From assembly GCA_001643675.2 (NCBI GenBank), contig LSRY02000005.1, forward strand, positions 558,001 to 622,000: a stretch of DNA of 64,000 bases. Direction: 5' to 3'. Made by a program: the position numbers and the translations under genes. Positions 1 through 10,174 of the stretch are shown here, piece after piece. Position 1 is the stretch's first letter, and every line of letters begins with the position of its first letter. The stretch is from Monocercomonoides exilis PA203. Lineage: Eukaryota; Protista; Preaxostyla. The notes under the pieces were generated by a model that saw only the letters and a program-made list of their open reading frames with translations, did not search any database and was not told the origin of the DNA.

Positions 1-2
1 GT

Positions 3-3000
3 AATTTAACAATTCGGAATGTGAATCGAACAGGAGGAGATGGGGTTGCGATGTCAAAGAGCGTAAAGGCAGGAGAGATATTTGTGGTGTGGAACACAAC
101 AATGGAAGGTTGCAAGTGCATGGGTGGAAGTGGCGGGGGAATAATGATCGACTTATCAGCTGGAGCCAAGATGCGCATAGGATCATGGTCCACATTTTTC
201 GGAGGAACAGTGAAATATAACGGATGCAAGAGCAGTGGATATGGAGGAGGGGTGATGCTGTATCTGGCAGATAACTCATTTGATTTTTCAATAACATCAG
301 TGAGGTTTGTTGATTGTGCTGCAACATTGGGAGGAAAGAATTTGTTTGTGGAAGCACAGGATTTATCAGCTGTTATCAACAGAACATCAATTGGATTCGA
401 GCCAGTTATTGAGGTCAATGAAGCAGACTTGAATGAACTTTGTGGAAGAGAAAGAAACCAGGGAGATATGATTGTTCCACTTGTTGTGCTTCTTCGGACA
501 TTTTCATCGCCAGCATATGTGAGTGGGAGAGAACAAGGAAGTGAATTCAGATTGTGTGGATATGAAGATTACCCATGCAAAACAATTGGAGAAGCAAGTG
601 AATATCGATATCCGAGTTCAAAGCGAAACGTCAGACTGACAAGCACATTTTCATTTGTTGAAGAAGTGAAGTTGAATGAACAGTCATATGAGATTGATTC
701 GAGCAACAAAGATGTTGGATTGAAAGTTGGAGGAACAGGAACAAAAACACAAGAAGCATTGGTGATGAACAGTGTTTCATCAACATTGACAGGGATATTA
801 TTTGAATTGGGAGAATCGATTGGAGAGCGATCATCATTTGTTCATTCTTCAGGAGGGACATTGAGATTTGCTGATTGTGGGATAAAGATGGGAAATGAAG
901 TTGATGCAGTGAATTATGAGTTTGCGAGTGCAAGTGGAGGGACATTATCCATTTCAGATTTCAGCATGGCTCATGTGAAATTTGGAATGAAGGCATTCAT
1001 TGTTATTAATGGAAATGGGGGTGCTTCGATTGAGGATTCGTTGCTTGAGAATGTGGAAACAACAAATATGAAGGGATTGATTGATTATTCATCATCATCG
1101 AGTTCATTGACGATTGTGAATGTGACAGCACAAGAGTGTGTGATGGGAGGGAAAGGGCTGATATGTGATGAAAATGGAAAGAAGCTGGGGATGAGGAATT
1201 GCACGATTATGAAAATGAACAGTTTGGAGGGAAATGGGAGTATTGTGAGTGGAGAAGCTGGAAATGGATGTGCTGTTGAGGTGAATGAAGTTGTGATTGA
1301 AGGATGTGGAACATTGAAGGGATGTGGAGGAGGGATGAGTGTGATATTGAAGGGAACAGGAGAAATGCGTTTGGGAAAGAGTGGAGTGGTAACATCGTTT
1401 GAGAAATGTTCAGCTGGTAATGAGGGATCAGTTGGGGGATATGGAGGTGGAGTGTTGTTGAGATGTGAGGAAGGAGGAAGCAACTTTGTGATGAGTGAAT
1501 TGATATTTGGAAGAGGTGAAGGAGCAAACACAGCTGCACATGGAGGAAACAATGTGTTTGTTGAAGGAGCAAATTTGCCACAGTTGGTGAATAATGTTTC
1601 ATTTGACTTCTCATTTGAGATTGAAGGTGAAGGATTTAATATTGAAGATCTAATGGGAGCAGAAAATGGGAATGAGTTGAGATTGATTCCAGTTGTGGTG
1701 TTCTTTCGAGAGAAACCAAGTGTTGGGTATGTGAATAGGGGAAATGGAGGGATTGACTATCATAAGTGCGGATATGCTGACTTTGCATGCTCCACATTAA
1801 CATATGCAGGAACAAATGTGTTTGGCACATCGCCAGCAACACTGAAACTGGTTGATAGAAGTTCAGTTATTGATGAAATGACACTCAACATTCAACAAAT
1901 GAACATTGATGGAGATATTCCAAAGGCAAAGATTCGAATTGTCGAAGGAGGAGAGGGAGAGGAAGGAAATGAGTTTTTGATAAAGAGCGAACAAGCAATC
2001 TCATTTTCATCTTTGGCTTTTTCGATATCAACATTTGCCAGATCAGGAAAGGAGTGTGTATTTTTGTGCAGTGCAAACACATTGAGATTTGAAGAATGCT
2101 CATTTGGAGCAGAATCACAAGAGATTGGAGTGGGATTGATTTGTGGGAAAGGAGGGAAAGTGGAGTTGACAAATTGTGAATTTGAAAATATCCGAATGAC
2201 CAAATCAGGGATGGTGACTTTTGATGGAGTAGGGGTTGGAGGATTGATTGATGAGGTGATTGTGAGGAATGTGACAAGAGAATATGAGGGAAGAAGCTTA
2301 TTTGAGCTGAGAAATGGAGGAGATATTGAAATAAAGAACACGACGATGAATGAATCTCGTTTTGAGAATGGAAATGAGATTGAGATTGGAGAAGGGATTA
2401 ATGCGAAAATCTGGAACTGCACATTCAAATCGATTCAGAGAGGCAGTGGGAACGGAGGGGTGTTGAATGGGAGAGTGGGGAGCGGGAAGTGTATGGATAT
2501 TAACAAATGCGTGTTTGAGGAATGCAAATGCAATTCAGTGAGCGCAATTGGGGGAGGGATTGTTATGATTGTGGGAGATGGAGGGAATTTGTTGTTTGAT
2601 GAAAACAAGATAAATGGATGCAGAGTTGCAGAGAGAAGCGGAAAAGGAGGAGGGTCGCATCTGACATTTGAAACAACGAATATTGAATACTCTATGAAGA
2701 ACGACACTTTCGCGAACAATGTTGCAAAAACAGGAGAAGATGTGTATTTGGTGTGTGGATCACCATGGACGATGCTTCTTCCGGAGTTGTGGGAAGGGAC
2801 AGCCACAAGAGTCACAGCAGAAAATAAGATGTGGGTGCTTGAGTCATCTGAACCAAGAAAAGAAGATTCACTGATCAATTATCTGTTTCCAAGATTGAGA
2901 TCAAATTTGTTTGTGAGCAATATTGGAAACGAATTATCAAGTTGTGGAGCGAAAGAAAATCCTTGCTCGTCTGTTGATATTGGGTTTGATCGGTTGAACG

Positions 3001-6000
3001 ATGAGATAGAGAGGATTATGCTTGTTGGTGCTGCTTCAGTGAGCAAGACTATCAACAGAGGTGGGAAAGGACTGACAATCAAAGGGAATGAAGAAACGAG
3101 AGAATTGGTTGTTGAAGAGGGAGGGAAATTTGAATTGACAGAAGGAGATGGACAAACACATTTGACTTTGTCACTTCTTCAGATTTCACTTCCATGCTCC
3201 TCCTCTGCAAGTGCAAGTGGTGATGAATCGATTGTGGAAGTGAGGATTGGGCAATGTTTCATTTTGGATTGTATGTTTTCAGGAGGAGAAGGGAATTCAA
3301 ATGTGAATGAATGTTGGAAGTGGATAGTGATTGGGAATGGAGGGGTCATTCGAATAGAGAGAACAGAAATGAACGGGATAACATTCGAAGGATGTGGAAT
3401 TGCAAGATTTGGAGGAGGGAATGTGATATTTGAGAACTGTTCATTGGATGGGATTGAGACCAGTGGAGGAGGAGTGATAATGGGAAATGGTGGATCGGAA
3501 GTGACATTGAGGAACATGACAGCATTGGGGTGTGTTGTTGGAGCAGGATCGCTGATAACGTCGAATGGAGGATCGAGTTTGAGGGTTGATGGAGAAAGCA
3601 GATTTGAGGATATTGAGACAGAAAGTGTGAGTGGAGGGTGTTTGAAGAGCGAGATGAAACTGAATGATTTGCTTGAAATGGGATCATCATCCATATTGAG
3701 ATGCTCGGCGAATGGAAATGGAGGAAGAGGAGGAGGAATATATCTGAATTTGAGTGACGATTGTGTGAATAACTTTTCACTTTCAACATTGATATTCAAA
3801 GACAATGTTGCTGCCGAGGGAAGGGATTTGTTCATTTCGTGCAAGAAACTGAATGAAACAGTGACGAAGGAGAGGTTTGGATTTGAATACAAATATGAAA
3901 ATGGAGAAGGAGAAGGAGAAGGTCAGGCAGTTGATATGAAAGGGATTGACAGAGCACATTTTGTGGAGAGTGTTGATCTTGGGCTGTTTCTTGTTGAAAT
4001 GAAGGGAATGGAGGTGTGTGTGTCGAGGGAGGGGTATGACACATTGGGTTGTGGGAGCGATGGATATCCATGCGAATCGATGTGGAGTGGAATAAGACAC
4101 AATGACATGAATGGAGGGGAAGGAGAAAGGAAAGTGAAAGTGAGGGATGAAGGGGCAATTGAAGATATCTATTCTTTCACAGATGCACTTGCGATTGATG
4201 GATGTGTGAATGAAGGAGATGAAATCAAACATAAGCCTGTTCATTTTGAAGGGACAATCAAAGGGAATTCTGAATCATCATCTGTTATTTCATCAACAGT
4301 ATCACTCAGCTTGTTATCTTTGATGTTGCAGATTCCAAATCAATTTGATCCAAATATGGATTCATTGATCTCATCGAGTGGAGTTCTTAAACTCGAAAGC
4401 TGTTTATTTGAGATCCGATCATTGACAGCTGTTCAATACTCGTTGATAACCACAACCAGTGGAAGTTGCATATTGAAAGGATGTAGTTTTGTAGATTCTT
4501 CATTTACTATTTCACCACTGGTGATGGCTTCTTCAGTTTTGCTCGAAAACAGCAACTTTTCAAATATTGAGAACAAAGGCAGCGAAGAAGGAGGCGCTGC
4601 AAAAGTGACATTGCAAGGGAATGAAAAACTGGACATCAAATCAACAAATGCATCATCATGTTCGCTTTTAAAGAACAATGGAAAAGGTGGATTTCTATAT
4701 TTGGATTGTCAGAATTACTTGAATGAAAATCCATTTCTTTTTGATGTTGACGTGACTTTTGAGAACAACAATGCAACCATAGGAAAGAATCTGTTTATTT
4801 TGGGAAGAGATTTTAATGCTTCTGTAACAAATGACTCATTCAAGTTCGATTATTCATCAATGATAAATGATAAAACTTTGTTTGTTGGGAGTGATGATTT
4901 TCATCAAGAAAAGGATTTGTTCATGTTCCTTGTTCCATACAGCTCAATTGAAATATTAATTTCATCTGAAGGATTTGATGTTGCACGTTGCGGAAGTGAA
5001 GAAGAGCCATGCTTCACAATGTGGAAGGGGATGGAAAACATGAAAAAGGAGAATGGAAATAAAACAATTCAGATTGAAGAATCGACAATTATTCGTGATT
5101 CATTCAACATGTCCAATTATCAGATCAAAAAAAGTGAAAAGATGGGAGAAGAGAATGTGAAAGCGATATTGAATTTTGAAAAGGCAATTGGAAGTCAGCT
5201 GGAATATTTCATGGTGAATGATGTTCATCTTGAATTGATGAATATCCAATTGCAACTAACATCGGGATTTGACAACTCAGCAAAATCGATTATTTCAAAC
5301 AAAGGTGGAGATTTGGTGATCCTCGAATGCTCGTTCCATTCAGAAGCAGGAGTGAACAATGGATTTGATTGTGTGTTTGTGGATGTGATTGGAGGCAGCG
5401 TGGAAGTGAATGATTTTTCTATGGAATCGTGCAATATTGGAAACAGCATATTTAACATTCACGATTCTGGAGTTGATTGCCATTTTGTGAATGTTCATGT
5501 GAAATCGTTGAATGAAAGTGGAGGATGTATTTTGGCAATCAAGAAATTTGAATCAGGATTGGAGATAAATGAAGGAAGTGAAGGAGGAATAGTCCTTCAA
5601 ATTGACAAATCATCATTTTCGGGAGTGAAGAGAAGTGACAATGGAGTAAGCATTTTGGAATCAAAGAGTGAGAAAAAGATTTGTTTGGTTGTGAGTGAAA
5701 GCAACATCACAGAAGACAAGGCAGAGTCAAGTGAAAAAGGAGGGGTGATATTCTTCACATTGGGCGCATCAGGATCAATGAAGATGGTTGACTCAACAAT
5801 CAGCCAATGCAGCTGCACCAATGGGAAAGGAGGAGGGGTGTATCTGGCAACGGAGGAAACAGGGTTTCTTAATTTCACATTTATGGGAATGAAGTTCAGC
5901 GCAAACGCAGCAAATGTGGGGAATGACATTTTCATTGAATGCTATGACATCACATTGCAGATCAATGAAAGGCAATTTCAGTTTGATCTTCGAGAAGGTC

Positions 6001-9000
6001 ATTATTCGCGAATTAATGCAATATATGGGAGAGATGAGTGTGATTATCCAAATGATATAGATCTAATTGGATTTGTGACTATCCATCAGAGTGACACAAT
6101 TATTGTGGGCAGCGTGAATGGATCGGATGAAAAACAGTGTGGAACAAATGCTCTTCCATGTGACTCAATTGATTATGGGCTGATGCATATGACTTCAGAT
6201 TTCATGAGTCTGATGTTCATTGTTGAGGAAAGTGTGATTTGTGAAGAAATAAGTCTGAAAGAAATGAGTTTGAGCTCGAAGAGCAGAGGCTTGTGTGAAG
6301 TTGAAGTGAAATCGGAGATTAAAAGAACGAGAGAGACTTTGGTGACAACAAACGGAGCAGTCTCATTGTCGAGAGTGAACTTTGAATTTGATTCAAATTT
6401 CATCTCTCACCATAAATCATTGATATCACCAGAAGAAGGAATTCTTGAAATTGTGAATTGTTCATTTGGCTCAAAACTATTTGAGGACGGATTTAATGTT
6501 GAATTTACAAATATTCCATTTCATCTTATATTCATGAAAAAAGGAGAATTACAACTTGATGGATGCTTAATATCAAATCTCATCCTTCATGAATCCGCAT
6601 TGTATCTTTCATCTCCACTTTCATCAGTAATTGATTCATTAACGATTTGCAATTCAACAATCTCTCGTTCACTTATTGAAATTATTGAATGTGGACAATT
6701 GAATATCGACAGATTGCTTGCTGAAAATATTTCAGTTGAAGGAAATGAAGATTCATTGATATCTTGCTTGGCAATGAAAAAGACAATGCAATTGGCAAAT
6801 TGCACAATAGGCGGAGTCAGTTCACAGACCACAAAAGGAAAATTGATGAAAGCGGAGAATAGTTTGGATGTGAAAATGGACAATTGCATTTTTGATGGAA
6901 GCTCAAACAAAAGAAATGAACAATATTTGAATGAAGAAGAAGAGATTTGCAGATGGAATGGATCTCTTGTTGAGATTGTGAAGAGTTCTGTGATGAGGAA
7001 AGTTTCAACAATCACAAATTCACCAGAAGGTGGAATAACAATGAGAGGTGGAAATGTGATTATTGAGAAAGGAGAGTTCATTGACAACAATCCATCAATT
7101 GAAAAATATCCATCACTGAGAAGAAACATTATTTGTTCAGATTCTGGAACGTTGAATGTGAGGAGTTTGAAAGGAGGAGATGGATGGGAAAGAAACACAT
7201 CTCTTTGGATGTTGAATGAAGGGTGCAGTTTTGAAGGGATTGCTTCAGAGAGAGATCCATCATTTTTCATCCCTGTGTTGGACAATGTGGATGCAAAAGA
7301 AGAGACAGATAGAATGAAGCTGACATTCAAAGGGATGCTTCTTATTCCATGCAATTTGTCATTCTCAGTTGTGAAGAGGAAGGGAGAAGAGAAAGAGATT
7401 GAACATTATGATTTTGATTCAAATGGGTTTTTGTCAGAAAGAGAAGTTGAAGGGAGAGTGGCAAAAGATCTTATCAGCAGTTGTGGAGATGAAATCGAGG
7501 TGAGTGTGCATGTTTTGTTTGGAAACGCAGAATCTCCATCTTCAACACAGTCATTCATTCTGAAGAACAAAAGTGAGACTGAACCAAAAGGGAATGAAAA
7601 AATTGTTGAAGGAAGAAAAGAAGGAAATTATTCATGGGCTTTGATTGTTTGCATTGCGATTGTGGTAATACTATTAATAACATTGATTATATTCATTGTT
7701 CGATGGAAAAAGCAAAAGAGAAGAACGAAAGAATTGGAAGTGATTGTGGAAGACACAGTGAAGAAGGATCCGAAGGCGTTTGAAATGGTAACGATGGAGA
7801 TGTCTCCCGAGGAGCAGTGGCGAAGAGCAGAAAGAGAGGCAGAGAAGAAGAATGATGAGAGAATGAAGAAGAGGGTGTATGATACGAATATGCAACATTC
7901 TGAATCATCCGAGCATCTTCTATCTGAGAGTGGTTCAACTGAATACATCTTGGGAAGAGATTCAGATAAGATTCCTCAATGGGCGTTAGAAAAGGAGGAG
8001 GAGGAAGAGATTCGAAAGAGAACTCCTTCACCATCCATCTCATCCACTTCAACCACAGACACTTCAGATACTGAATCCACTTTTGTTCGAAGGGAAGATC
8101 TGTGTCCAACCACCTCGTCGATGTCGAATCTGGTGGATGCAATGGCCTGCTCATCGCCTCATGAGAAACTGATTGTGGATCTGAGGGATTCGCTGTTCAT
8201 GCTGCTGCATGGGCGGAACAAGACGAAGGAGATGGCGATCGGGACGGTGGAGGAGAGGATGGCGACAGGGGCGCAGATCCTGTTCTGGGTGGGGAATGTG
8301 GCGCTGCACTCGTTTGGGGAGATGGAAGTTCCGCTGGAGTCGCTGGACAGGCTGAGTCCGCACATTGTGCTGTTCTCGGAGCACATGGTGATCTGTGTTG
8401 TGATGCACTCGGGGAGTTCATCGTCAGAGGATTCGGACTCGTCGTCTGTGTCATCGCTGAGCGTTGTCTCGTCATCGTCGAATGTGTCGGTGATGAGCGA
8501 GAGGTTCACAGACTCGCCGCCGCCGTCGTCGGCGTTTGAGGATGAAGAAGGGGAAAAGGAGTATTTGCGGTGGAGGGCGCCGGAGCTGCTGGAGGGGAGG
8601 AAGACGCATGCGACAAAGAAGTCTGTTGTGTTTTCGATGGGGATGATGCTGTGGGAGTGTGTGGCGCTGGCGATCCCGTTTGGGGAGTATGATGCAGAAA
8701 CGGCGGGAGAGAAGGTGAAGCACGGAGAGCGGCCGGGGGTGTGGCGGGATGAGTGGGCGGCGGGGGAAGTTGTGGAGAGCATGGTGCGGCAGAAGGCGGG
8801 GGAGCGGGCGACGCTGGTGGATGTGAAGCGGGAGCTGTTCAAGCACTTTCCGTCAAGGGCGGTGTTTGTGACGATGTCGGATGCAATCGACTGCTATGGG
8901 TCGGGGTGGTGTGGGAGTGGATATGGCAGGGGCGAGTCTGGAAGCAGAAGCAGAAGCAGAAGCAGAAGCGAAAGAGGAAATGAGAATGAGAAAGAGAAAG

Positions 9001-9017
9001 AGAATAAAGTTGGGTGA
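3..9017 (+). CDS. Giant type-I membrane protein (5'-partial): modular Cys/Gly-rich beta-helix-like ectodomain, single TM, cytoplasmic degenerate tyrosine-kinase-like C-lobe
   Basis: The frame is open from base 3 (NLTIRNVNRTG...), so the gene starts upstream of the window. Six repeated modules carry CG-x4-(P/A)C knuckles (FRLCGYEDYPC, YHKCGYADFAC, SSCGAKENPC, TLGCGSDGYPC, VARCGSEEEPC, EKQCGTNALPC) with GxGGGxY/L and NxAxxGxD motifs. TM WALIVCIAIVVILLITLIIFIV is followed by RWKKQKRR. The tail has YLRWRAPELL, KKSVVFSMGMMLWE, IPFGEY and GERP. Confidence 0.9.
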   Translation, partial: NLTIRNVNRTGGDGVAMSKSVKAGEIFVVWNTTMEGCKCMGGSGGGIMIDLSAGAKMRIGSWSTFFGGTVKYNGCKSSGYGGGVMLYLADNSFDFSITSVRFVDCAATLGGKNLFVEAQDLSAVINRTSIGFEPVIEVNEADLNELCGRERNQGDMIVPLVVLLRTFSSPAYVSGREQGSEFRLCGYEDYPCKTIGEASEYRYPSSKRNVRLTSTFSFVEEVKLNEQSYEIDSSNKDVGLKVGGTGTKTQEALVMNSVSSTLTGILFELGESIGERSSFVHSSGGTLRFADCGIKMGNEVDAVNYEFASASGGTLSISDFSMAHVKFGMKAFIVINGNGGASIEDSLLENVETTNMKGLIDYSSSSSSLTIVNVTAQECVMGGKGLICDENGKKLGMRNCTIMKMNSLEGNGSIVSGEAGNGCAVEVNEVVIEGCGTLKGCGGGMSVILKGTGEMRLGKSGVVTSFEKCSAGNEGSVGGYGGGVLLRCEEGGSNFVMSELIFGRGEGANTAAHGGNNVFVEGANLPQLVNNVSFDFSFEIEGEGFNIEDLMGAENGNELRLIPVVVFFREKPSVGYVNRGNGGIDYHKCGYADFACSTLTYAGTNVFGTSPATLKLVDRSSVIDEMTLNIQQMNIDGDIPKAKIRIVEGGEGEEGNEFLIKSEQAISFSSLAFSISTFARSGKECVFLCSANTLRFEECSFGAESQEIGVGLICGKGGKVELTNCEFENIRMTKSGMVTFDGVGVGGLIDEVIVRNVTREYEGRSLFELRNGGDIEIKNTTMNESRFENGNEIEIGEGINAKIWNCTFKSIQRGSGNGGVLNGRVGSGKCMDINKCVFEECKCNSVSAIGGGIVMIVGDGGNLLFDENKINGCRVAERSGKGGGSHLTFETTNIEYSMKNDTFANNVAKTGEDVYLVCGSPWTMLLPELWEGTATRVTAENKMWVLESSEPRKEDSLINYLFPRLRSNLFVSNIGNELSSCGAKENPCSSVDIGFDRLNDEIERIMLVGAASVSKTINRGGKGLTIKGNEETRELVVEEGGKFELTEGDGQTHLTLSLLQISLPCSSSASASGDESIVEVRIGQCFILDCMFSGGEGNSNVNECWKWIVIGNGGVIRIERTEMNGITFEGCGIARFGGGNVIFENCSLDGIETSGGGVIMGNGGSEVTLRNMTALGCVVGAGSLITSNGGSSLRVDGESRFEDIETESVSGGCLKSEMKLNDLLEMGSSSILRCSANGNGGRGGGIYLNLSDDCVNNFSLSTLIFKDNVAAEGRDLFISCKKLNETVTKERFGFEYKYENGEGEGEGQAVDMKGIDRAHFVESVDLGLFLVEMKGMEVCVSREGYDTLGCGSDGYPCESMWSGIRHNDMNGGEGERKVKVRDEGAIEDIYSFTDALAIDGCVNEGDEIKHKPVHFEGTIKGNSESSSVISSTVSLSLLSLMLQIPNQFDPNMDSLISSSGVLKLESCLFEIRSLTAVQYSLITTTSGSCILKGCSFVDSSFTISPLVMASSVLLENSNFSNIENKGSEEGGAAKVTLQGNEKLDIKSTNASSCSLLKNNGKGGFLYLDCQNYLNENPFLFDVDVTFENNNATIGKNLFILGRDFNASVTNDSFKFDYSSMINDKTLFVGSDDFHQEKDLFMFLVPYSSIEILISSEGFDVARCGSEEEPCFTMWKGMENMKKENGNKTIQIEESTIIRDSFNMSNYQIKKSEKMGEENVKAILNFEKAIGSQLEYFMVNDVHLELMNIQLQLTSGFDNSAKSIISNKGGDLVILECSFHSEAGVNNGFDCVFVDVIGGSVEVNDFSMESCNIGNSIFNIHDSGVDCHFVNVHVKSLNESGGCILAIKKFESGLEINEGSEGGIVLQIDKSSFSGVKRSDNGVSILESKSEKKICLVVSESNITEDKAESSEKGGVIFFTLGASGSMKMVDSTISQCSCTNGKGGGVYLATEETGFLNFTFMGMKFSANAANVGNDIFIECYDITLQINERQFQFDLREGHYSRINAIYGRDECDYPNDIDLIGFVTIHQSDTIIVGSVNGSDEKQCGTNALPCDSIDYGLMHMTSDFMSLMFIVEESVICEEISLKEMSLSSKSRGLCEVEVKSEIKRTRETLVTTNGAVSLSRVNFEFDSNFISHHKSLISPEEGILEIVNCSFGSKLFEDGFNVEFTNIPFHLIFMKKGELQLDGCLISNLILHESALYLSSPLSSVIDSLTICNSTISRSLIEIIECGQLNIDRLLAENISVEGNEDSLISCLAMKKTMQLANCTIGGVSSQTTKGKLMKAENSLDVKMDNCIFDGSSNKRNEQYLNEEEEICRWNGSLVEIVKSSVMRKVSTITNSPEGGITMRGGNVIIEKGEFIDNNPSIEKYPSLRRNIICSDSGTLNVRSLKGGDGWERNTSLWMLNEGCSFEGIASERDPSFFIPVLDNVDAKEETDRMKLTFKGMLLIPCNLSFSVVKRKGEEKEIEHYDFDSNGFLSEREVEGRVAKDLISSCGDEIEVSVHVLFGNAESPSSTQSFILKNKSETEPKGNEKIVEGRKEGNYSWALIVCIAIVVILLITLIIFIVRWKKQKRRTKELEVIVEDTVKKDPKAFEMVTMEMSPEEQWRRAEREAEKKNDERMKKRVYDTNMQHSESSEHLLSESGSTEYILGRDSDKIPQWALEKEEEEEIRKRTPSPSISSTSTTDTSDTESTFVRREDLCPTTSSMSNLVDAMACSSPHEKLIVDLRDSLFMLLHGRNKTKEMAIGTVEERMATGAQILFWVGNVALHSFGEMEVPLESLDRLSPHIVLFSEHMVICVVMHSGSSSSEDSDSSSVSSLSVVSSSSNVSVMSERFTDSPPPSSAFEDEEGEKEYLRWRAPELLEGRKTHATKKSVVFSMGMMLWECVALAIPFGEYDAETAGEKVKHGERPGVWRDEWAAGEVVESMVRQKAGERATLVDVKRELFKHFPSRAVFVTMSDAIDCYGSGWCGSGYGRGESGSRSRSRSRSERGNENEKEKENKVG

Positions 9018-9130
9018 AAGCTAATAAAATGAAGTTATATGAAAAAATGAAATGAATTTGAAAGCGATCTTTTCTCTTCTTGATTTTGGATGCACTCCTT
9101 TTTGGAGAGCCACTTTTTGTTTTTTCTGTT
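8100..9130 (+). repeat. Dispersed duplicate cassette, copy A (pseudokinase C-lobe plus 3'UTR)
   Basis: About 97% identical by eye over 8100-8950 to 44819-45670. Similarity continues past the stop codon into the UTR. Confidence 0.9.
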
Positions 9131-10174
9131 GTTTGTGTTTGTGTGTGTTTGCAATTGTTGTTTTTGGTTTCTGTTTTCGGTTGAATGTTAGTATGTGTGT
9201 ATGTATTATTGTTAAAGTTATGTTATAAGAATCATTGAACCCTTTTGCTTGAAGCTTGAAAAAGAACAAAATGGTTTGTTCGAAATTCTTTGAATAAACA
9301 CAAAGTTCTTTGTCGACTTTTTGGCAAGGGGGATATGTGTATGTGTGTGTATGTATTACAAATTATCTTTTTCTGAGAACGATATTTTTTAGTAATGTGT
9401 TATTTGAGTTTCTTTTGGTGTTTTGAGTTGATTCAACATTTCATTTTTTTTCAAGCAAATTTTTATCGAATAAAAATTGGCAATATGTTATATTCGTTTC
9501 AAAATGAATGAAAAAAGTTAAAAACTGTTGCACAAAGATGAATAAGACATTATACAATGATGATAATATGTGATGAAATTGATGCCATTTTTGATAATGT
9601 TTTTATCATTATTTTAATGCTCATAAATTTCTAAAGATTTGATGGATAAAGACATTTCAAAAAACATAAGTGAACAACTAATCTTGAAATTAGAGGTTTT
9701 TGTTTTTTATTTTTTCCGAAACTGATATTCTAATTTTTTTAGAAAAAGAAGATTAAATGAAAACTTATCCATCAAAACATAAATTTCGATTGCTATGAAA
9801 TAAGTCTTTCTGATTTGATTTCATTATCAGAGAAAATGAACTTTGAATGCGAAAGTGTAAGATCAACAGGAAAAGATTATTTCAAAGATTCATTTTCTTC
9901 ACTTAAATTCGATAATCATTATGCAAAGCTATCTTTTTGTTCTTTAAAGGCACAATGCATTATCCACAAAGACAATCTCCTTCGCAAGTTGTTAAATACA
10001 AAAGAATCAACTCAACGTTTCAGTTTCATTAATATTGTCATAACAACAAATCAATAAGAATTACAAAATAAATATTTGTGAAAATATTTCAAATGTATTT
10101 TCATTCAAAAACCAAATTTTTATAACCTTCCTTTCAAACTTTGAAAAGCACAATATTCACGACTTTCGTTTTTC

